A DNA stretch of 64,000 nucleotides. Origin: Entomortierella parvispora E1425. Lineage: Eukaryota; Fungi; Mortierellomycota. The DNA lies in assembly GCA_020891255.1 (NCBI GenBank), contig BQFW01000001.1, positions 1,364,001 to 1,428,000 of the forward strand. The letters are read 5' to 3'. Shown piece after piece: positions 56,526 through 64,000 of the stretch. Numbering within the stretch: the stretch's first letter is position 1; each line of letters begins with the position of its first letter. The notes beneath the pieces were generated by a model. That model saw nothing but the letters and a program-made list of their open reading frames with translations, was not told the DNA's origin and ran no database searches. The position numbers were made by a program, and so were the translations under genes.

Positions 56526-59500
56526 ATGGGCGTGGCCAGCACCTGGCCGTATTTGGCCAACATCGAAGGCCTGGAGTATCCCGAAGTTGTGCCCAAAGAT
56601 GTTTTCCCGAGAGTCCACATCGACATTCCTGCTATCTTGTTTGCGCTTGCGAGAAGCATCCGCTGCAACAAGATCTTTGCGGAAATGAAAAATCACATGA
56701 ACTCCTCGACCAACCTCGAGGCGCCCTACATGCTTCCCGCTGAGATCTCTCTTTTTTTGACCAAAGTCCCTCCTCTTGAGACTGATGCCATCAAGAGCAA
56801 CATGGAGTTTTTATCACTGATCGGCTCCGAGTCTACGCTCCCTCCTGTCCCCTCGGCAATATTTGAGATCGACATCTCGGCGGCGATCGACAAAACACTG
56901 TTGAAAAAGTTTTCTAAAGACCAAGGAATACTCCACTTTGACGGCGCCAGAACTATTCAAAAGACATACGCCCGCCAGAAAAGAGATCGTTCTCGAATCG
57001 GAGCGATTGCAGCGTTTGTCCACAAGGCATCATCCGTTTTGTCCCATCTTGCCCATCTGCAATCGCAAGTGTCCCTGAAAACTGCAGCCGGAAAGGCCAA
57101 GCCAACAAAGAACCAAGTACTTCGGTTAGTGAAGAGGATTCGCGGCCCACTGATCAAGGCGTGAATAAATACAAAGGCAATCTCTCATAAGGACTGGGAC
57201 ACACTTGGCAATCAACTCGGCTCAAAGGGATGGAAGGTACACGCCTGCCCAGGGGAGGCTGATGTTTGCATCAGTAGGCATGCTGAAGAAGAGCAGGAAG
57301 ACACGGTGGTCGCGTCGGCTGATAGCGACAATGTTTTCCACGGAGCTTCGTACGTGTTGCGCAAGAGTCCTCAAGGCGGCCGGTATTACAAATATGATAT
57401 CGGGGCGATCCTGGGGAGTCTTGAGCTGTCTTATGAACAATGGCAAGCTGTGGCAGTTCTGGCGGAGAATGATTACGATCGAAAGGTCCCCGGCCTAAGC
57501 CTTACCAAGATAGTAGATACCATCCGCGACATGGACGAAATGCCAGACATGCCAAAGGCTGTCGACTACGTCAAGAAGTTCTGCTCTCAGAAGTCGATCG
57601 ATCAGGCTGTCTTTGAGAACAGCGTGGATATCTTCGTCGACAATAAGGAGGATATAGACACCGGCATCATATTGGAGGACAATGCGGCAAAGCTCGTCGA
57701 CCATTTGATGCTGCATATCGTGGATGAAGTCTCCAAGCTTCGATATAGGTAAGTGTCAAGAGTTTGTCCTATTGAAAGGCACTCAAGGACAGCAGTACTG
57801 ACTTGTTTTCTCCCCTATGCGATTTCTCAAACAGGAACAAGCGGACCAAACCAACCGCAAGGTAAGATATCTCAAATTGTCACTCTTTTTTTTTTCTTTT
57901 CTTTTCTTTTCTTTTCTTTTCTTTTCTTTTCTTTTCTGAACGAATGTCATCAATCCGTCCTTCATCAGGTCAAGCGCCTCATCATTGCCTGTGGTCCCGG
58001 AAGGAGGAAGCTCAAGTCAGACAGAGACTAAGCAAGGGTATGGTATCATATTGCTATGCAGAGAGAAAGCATACCATATCCCTTTCTAAACACTACTGCA
58101 CTTTATGAATAGCTTTCTGCGATTCATGAGGGATAGAAAGCGGCCAGACTATCTTTCAAAGATTCGGCATCATGATCGCACAGCTTGGTCGGAGAGTCTT
58201 CCCCCTGGCTGGTCTAGGAATGAGGGACCCGTGGGGCTATACGATCAGTCCATAGGCCCTCCAAAAGTCCATCCCGTCGCTCCGAACGCAACCCACACCA
58301 GCAACTCTGACAACCAAACTGGATCTGCACCACTTGCGACGGATCTAGTCAACCAGAACTTGGAAGGTGACAACCCAGCAGGTTCATCTTCGATTCCTAC
58401 TGCCTCAACCAGTCAGAAGCGTCCCCTTTCGCAGGAGGCAAGCCAAAAGAAGAAGAAAAAGACAAACGAAAAAAAGGCGGCTACCTCCAAGCCCATTTAC
58501 AACCGTTCAAGCAGAAAGGCGCGACATGCTGTAAACAAACAGATGGGCGACTTGACGCCTTCGGCTGGCTCAGTCACTGCGACAAGGAGGGAGCACGATA
58601 CCACGCACATTAAAGCTACTCTGGAAACAACGTTTTCCCAAGTGGCACTCCAGCCGGGTACTCTGTGCTCCACACTTTACAAAGGGCTTGAAAGCCAGAT
58701 GAAGGGATCGACACTATTGGAAGTACAGGATACGTACCGATCCATGCGGACAATGATGATGGACCTGGTCAAAGCAAACTCTGACGCAGTTTGGTCGGCG
58801 ATTGCGGTATTGCAAGACTATGCGCTGTCTATTTTCAAGTCTCACCCCACACTTGACGAAGACGACGTCAAGAAAAGAAAAGATGCACTTGGTCCAGTCT
58901 ACACAAGTCAAATCTTCGTATATCATGCGGTCCGGGCCCTTTGGAGATGGAGCGATCTTACAGACGCTACCCTCACTCAGCTCAAGTGCGAAGGCACACA
59001 GCGGCTTGCGTTTACGGTGGTACTGGAGTTCAAAAAGAAGCATAGCAACCAGCAGGCCGGCGGGATCCCATTTGACCCCTTTACAAAGAGACCAGAGAAG
59101 GCGGTCAGCGCCAAGTTCTTGGAATCTTGCGCACGCAGCGCGCACGACTTAATCTGCAGCCTTGTTCTGAGAAACGTCGGCGAACTTAAGCAACGAGTAA
59201 GTGCTTGACATTCATGGTGCAATGTTTAATGGTCTTTATGTCTTTGCTCGTCGCTGACTCTTGTCTCTGTCCTGTTCGCTAGGTTCTTGTCCAGCAGATA
59301 CAATTCTCAAAGTCCGAGCAAGGACGACTTTTCCTGGATTCGATTGAAGGCACTGGTCGGTCAAAGTTGCACGATCCCGTATCCGTTCACTTGCTTCTGA
59401 ACGCGTTACTGCGACCCGACAGTCAAGTTGCGCTATTTCCGGTAATCGCCTTCAAAGACCGGGACCTGGACCTAACCGAAAGGGGAGTTCGTTGATGCAT

Positions 59501-61448
59501 GCCGACACCTCAAACCTACACCAACTACAAAGAGTGCACTAGGTGCAGTCTTCACTGGAACGGTCGTGGCCGCCGAACAGCGAGCAATCGCCCACAGAGG
59601 GGAGCTATTTTTCAACTTATTCATGTCGAAAAATACCTCGTACAGACGTGGCACTGCTCTCATGAACCCGGCCATGAACAGTGAGCGCGCTTTGTTCATC
59701 CCTGATTCGCGCCTGAGAATTCAAACAGAGCTGGAGCACCTGGATGAATACACATCAATCGACAAAACACTCTGCGCTCTCCTGAAAGAATGCTCCAGTT
59801 TGGCTAAAAAACAGGACCCAGGGCTGGCAGATTCTCAAGACTTACTCCATCGTATCTCGGTGTTTCAGGGGCAATGGTCACAGCTTCCTGGTAACCCTCC
59901 CCCCACCATCGCGAACATCCATACGACTAGTGGATCAATCTCGAACGCCCTTAAGTCGATGGAGGTTGAATTACAACGGCTGAAGGACGTTTTAAGCAAC
60001 ATGTCAGCTACACAACAACGTCAACTGCGAGACGTGACTCTACATGGTCTGCATGCGGGGTCGAGCAGTAGCGCCGAGAACACACCTCGAAGACACTATG
60101 TTCCGACGGGTGTCATCAAGACGGACGGTCATAACCTCCATGTGTTGGCTTTTGATTTGACCACATTACGCCCAAAGAAGAATACGAAGAGCAAGCCCAG
60201 TCCTACCGGCAGTGGTTATCAGCACAATATCCCTGCCGTAGCTCCAGAGGAAGGTTTTCTTGCTCTGCCTTCCGCTCTACCTTTTGCTGCATCTTCCGCT
60301 TTACCTTCGTCCTTGGATATATACGACTCAGAGCTTTGGACGTCTCCTGATCCTGTGCTGGAGGAGAGCCTGCCTGGAAGTGAGACTGAAAATCCTAATG
60401 AGGGTCCCAGTGTTGGACATGGAAATCCAGGGCAGGGACAGGTGGCACAGCCAAACCTCGCAGGCGTAAAGACTGCAGCAGTACATGCGAAAGCCCTACC
60501 GTATGTCCAGGACCTCTTTTCAACAGCGCAGCGTGTTCAGTCTTTGGGTGGCCCGCATTTTATCGGGATCGGGGTAGATCCAGGCCGGGCGAAACCTACA
60601 AGCGTGGTCGCAGTACACACCAAGTACCCTGACTTTTCACAGACCCTCGATATCACGGACACCGTGGCTAAAGACATTCAAAAGCGATACATGGGGTGTC
60701 TAAACGCAAAGAAAAAGACCCACGGGATCGACAAACTGGAGAACACATTGATTGCAGATGTTGCCCCCATACAAGTGAAGGTCACGCAGGAAAACGGGAC
60801 AGCAGTTTGCGATTGGAGGGCAGCTGCTAGCGCACTCTATAGTAACCACTTAGACTGGCTCAGACCTCGCCTCGCTGCATTTGAGAAGCTAAGGACCTTT
60901 TACGGATCAATCAGTTTCAAGAAGGATCTCTATGATATGAAGACGGCGATCCGAAGCGACAGAAGCCTGGTCTGTGCAGCGGCTATCAAGATGGCGCATA
61001 TTCCCCACCCGAATATTCCACCGACTGAAGTTCAAGAGTATCGAGAGACGCCAGCCGTTCTTGGAATAGGTGATGGGGACTTTGACGGCCGAAAGGAAAA
61101 AACCTTGGACGAACTAGCGCGGACAGTAAGTGTTGCTGGAGTCGATTTTCAAAGAGAGTAAAGGGTGTTGGATCTAACATCTGGTTCTCTTATACATTAT
61201 AGGCGAATGCCAATGGCATCCCAGCGGTGAAGCTCCCGGAGTTTCGATCCAGTCAGTTCTGCAGCCGATGTCGCTTCCGGGCAGTTCAGAAAGGCAGATC
61301 CATCCTCTGTGAAAACTGCAGTTGGGACATCGACAGAGACCATAACGCCGGCGAAAATCTCGCCAGATGTCTGGGTACTCACCTACAAACACAGACATGG
61401 CCAGCGCCTCTCGACAAAGCGCTCGCCAAAGTTCACTCGCGCGAGTGA
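56526..61448 (+). CDS. FEN1/XPG-like PIN nuclease-Fanzor fusion gene, copy B; one in-frame TGA and one frameshift (possible pseudogene)
   Basis: Exons 56526-57748, 57835-57861, 57969-58037, 58113-59196, 59283-61125, 61203-61448. PIN motifs VHID, HFDG..QK, CPGEAD, SADSD, AENDY. RuvC GIGVDPG, VKLPEFRSSQFCSRC, CENC..DRDHNAGENL. TGA at 57162-57164; extra G in 59482-59485. Confidence 0.83.
57886..57935. repeat. (TTTTC)n microsatellite in a Fanzor B intron
   Basis: Read directly. Confidence 0.85.
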
Positions 61449-61625
61449 GGCTCATGTGGAATGAGCACAACCTTCTTTACAGCATCGGTAAGTGCAACAA
61501 AAATCCGAGGACAAAAGCACAAACCTTTGTATTTTCAACTAATTTATTCTCACGTCTTTATGCATTTCGGGAAGTTTAGCTGTAAACTGACCTCCTGCAG
61601 ACAAACAAATTTATTTCCGTGCATG
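61449..61625 (+). ncRNA. Candidate omegaRNA region downstream of Fanzor B
   Basis: Lies directly 3' of the Fanzor ORF. Hairpins GCTCAT/ATGAGC (61450-61466) and GTTTA/TAAAC (61574-61587); longer stem 61560-61573 pairing with 61614-61624. Confidence 0.35.
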
Positions 61626-62168
61626 ACATACATGATGGCTGTGCTGTTCTTTCGCCACTCGCCACTCGCCACTCGCCCAACGGTCTGGTCAACGGTCTTG
61701 TCTGGTCAGCACATACCACTATGCTAGCCATGACCACACATGCCTCGAGTCCCCTTCCTTCCACTCTCCGTCTTTTTCTCCAGCTACTTCGTGCGCTCGT
61801 GTCGTTCTTGCACGTTGCAGCTCTCTCTTTCGATTCATTCTTTGCCCTCTTTCCACATTCCTCATTCTGTTCCATTGAGTCCATCCATCCTCCCTCCCCA
61901 CTCTTCCCGTCTGTCTGGTCTCGTCCTGGCATTCATTCCACTCTTCTCCTTTTCCTCATTCATTGACATTCCCACCCCTTTCGTCTCCCATTCGCCACCT
62001 TCCCCTAACCTGGTCCGACAAACCTTTTTCTTGTCCCACTTCAACAGCACCAGCACAGAGTTAGGGCTCGATCCGCTCCCCTTCGTGCCACCAACCAAAC
62101 GACAGAAAGGCGACCGGAGAGTCCGTGCCATCCATAGTCTGTCTATCTGTCTAGTCAAATAGCATCCC

Positions 62169-64000
62169 ATGGATCCCATGGACCCACTCCCCCCGCAGGG
62201 CGACGATGAGGTTGCCCCTGTCAACCTGGCGAGTCTGGCTTCTGCAGAGTCCCAGCAACAGGGCCAACATGCCTTTTCTACCAAGCTTGACAGTCTCGTC
62301 AATGACCCTGCTCATCCTTATGGTATCACCAGCGAAAAGATTGGAGAACTTCATGAGCCAGTGCATTCTGCTCAACAGCCTCTTCAACAACCTCAGCAAC
62401 AAACTCAAGCCCAGTACAAGACTGAAAACGACTCGTTTGCACAGCTCAATGCCCCGCCGGTCGAACGTCAGCAACCGCATCAACAGCAGCAACAAACTCA
62501 ACAGCAGGATCCTCAGCAAACGGCGCCTGCATCAGGCAAACTCAAGCTGGCATCACTCGTCGATCGAGTACGACTTGCGCAAAAGCAGGAGCAATCGCCG
62601 ACGCAGCCTCTGCCTGAGAACGACCATTTGACCAATGGGGCCCACCACCACCGCCAGCTGGGACTCGGCTTTGTCACATCTCGAGACAGTGATGTAGAGA
62701 AAGGTAAGAAGGCCCGATAGAGCGGCATTACCAAGAAGTGAAAAGGCAACAAGTATTGCTCAACTGCTAACCTAACATGCTCTCCTGCATTTCCATCTTT
62801 TATACAATCCAATGATCGATCTTCCGCACCTTGAAATCCCATCGACTGAAAATAGACCGCATTGAGGAAGATGGTCGAAATGGCAAGAGGCGCCTGTCAG
62901 CCATTGTCCATAACGTAATTGAGACAGAAGGACATCGAAACCGTAATGACCATCCTCAAAGGTCCGGGCCTGCATCCAACTTTCCAAAAATCTTCAGCAA
63001 AGAGGGAGTCCGGAATGCCTTGTTCCTGAACAGTGCGGCCACAGCTTTTACAAGGTCATCGCGATCCAAGAACATGTCCACAGCCGATATGTCAGTTTCG
63101 TACCTGGCTATGTCTGGCTCTGCTATCCCTGCACTATGGATGAGAAGAGATGACAAAGGTCGTCGACCGGTAAGAATTGCTGACATTATACTTGTACTGA
63201 GTGTGTCTTCAGTTTGGCCACTTGACTCTTGGTCTGTTGGCCGCGCATCCTCCAGGTGTTAGCATGGAGTCTGAAAGAGGTAGTGGGCAAAGGGGCAACC
63301 TGCCAGTTGGACAAGCCGCATGAGGAGTGGAGGATTTAGCACTGGACTGGAATAGCGCTAGGACGAAACCGTTGACCGTTGTTTGAGAGCAATTAAGGCT
63401 AACGACATTCCTCTGCCTTGTACCTTGTTTTCTATCTCCACGAATACCGGGCGTTACCAACAACAGCCCCCCGTGTTCTTTCAAATGCTCAAGGTAAATT
63501 GCGAGCACGGCCTCTTTGTTGATTTTTATGTTATTTTTCTTCCCCTCTTTTTTTCTTTCCCCTGACATGGTTTTTGTGTTACCACTTATTAGATCGCCAT
63601 TACAGACTCCGAGATTGATGTAGGCGTGAGCAAGCAGATCATTTTTCGAATTGAACTGCAATATGGAGACGTGAAGTGGGTGATCCGTAGAACTGTCTAC
63701 GAGTTCTACAAGCTGCACTTGATCCTCTCAGCCAGACGCTTCGACAATCTCCCAAAGTTTCCGAGTCAGGTATGGCCTCTTGTTTTGGAGCACACTCATG
63801 GAGAGCAATGTCCAGGGAAGGTGGAGAGCAACGCGTACTAAACGTTGTTCCCATCGAATGCCATCAACTTTTGGTTTTTAGACAGCCTATGCTTTCTCGA
63901 TGGCCAAAGCCACTTTGGGAATGAGAAATGAGGAAAGGGTTAATTTCCTTCGTCAAACCAACCTTGCACGACGACAGGCTCTGCAGTCTTACATGATTGA
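62169..64000 (+). CDS. SPO14: Phospholipase D1 (PX-domain N-terminal part), 3'-truncated by the window edge
   Basis: PALWMRRDDKGRRP, FRIELQYGDVKWVIRR..FYKLH..LPKFP, RRQALQSY; spliced. Confidence 0.85.

Larger units (their letters stand above)
56010..61582 (+). mobile_element. Putative non-autonomous Fanzor-carrying element bounded by imperfect inverted repeats
   Basis: CAGCTAAAC[TGACGAAC]TTCTCGAAATG at 56010-56037 versus the reverse complement of 61563-61582 (CAGCTAAACTTCCCGAAATG). 9-bp direct repeat TAAACTGAC at 56014-56022 and 61583-61591. Confidence 0.45.

Noticed and set aside
57161-57191. Apparent 31-nt intron in Fanzor B
   Set aside because: Too short, and the frame already continues through a single TGA.

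Overview
Intron-rich fungal genomic window. Gene content (Crinkler, F-box/LRR, Fanzor and chromovirus types, short GT-AG introns) suggests an early-diverging fungus such as Mortierellomycota; this is an inference. Ordinary genes: aldo-keto reductase, sphingoid-base phosphate phosphatase, APC amino-acid permease, Rtt106, F-box/LRR protein, HAL/NPR-type kinase, p34/AAGAB, AIG1-like membrane protein, GCLM, Gir2, an acyltransferase and the 5' part of phospholipase D. Mixed in are several mobile or defence-related loci. (1) Two highly divergent, spliced genes (21797-27483 minus; 56526-61448 plus) each join an N-terminal FEN1/XPG-type PIN nuclease with recognisable acidic catalytic motifs to a C-terminal TnpB/Fanzor RuvC + zinc finger. 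This is the strongest candidate for an undescribed system; each copy carries one or two point lesions. (2) A full-length Ty3/gypsy chromovirus (13382-21029) with identical 165-bp LTRs and a CCCGG target-site duplication, inserted into the permease's last codons. It has an extra antisense ORF and no tRNA primer-binding site. (3) An intact orphan Gag-like gene with a Q-rich N-terminus, head-to-head with the first Fanzor. (4) A helicase-less Dicer-like protein with a degenerate RNase IIIa and an intact RNase IIIb. (5) A frameshifted Crinkler pseudogene. All family assignments come from motifs recognised by eye; no database searches were run.
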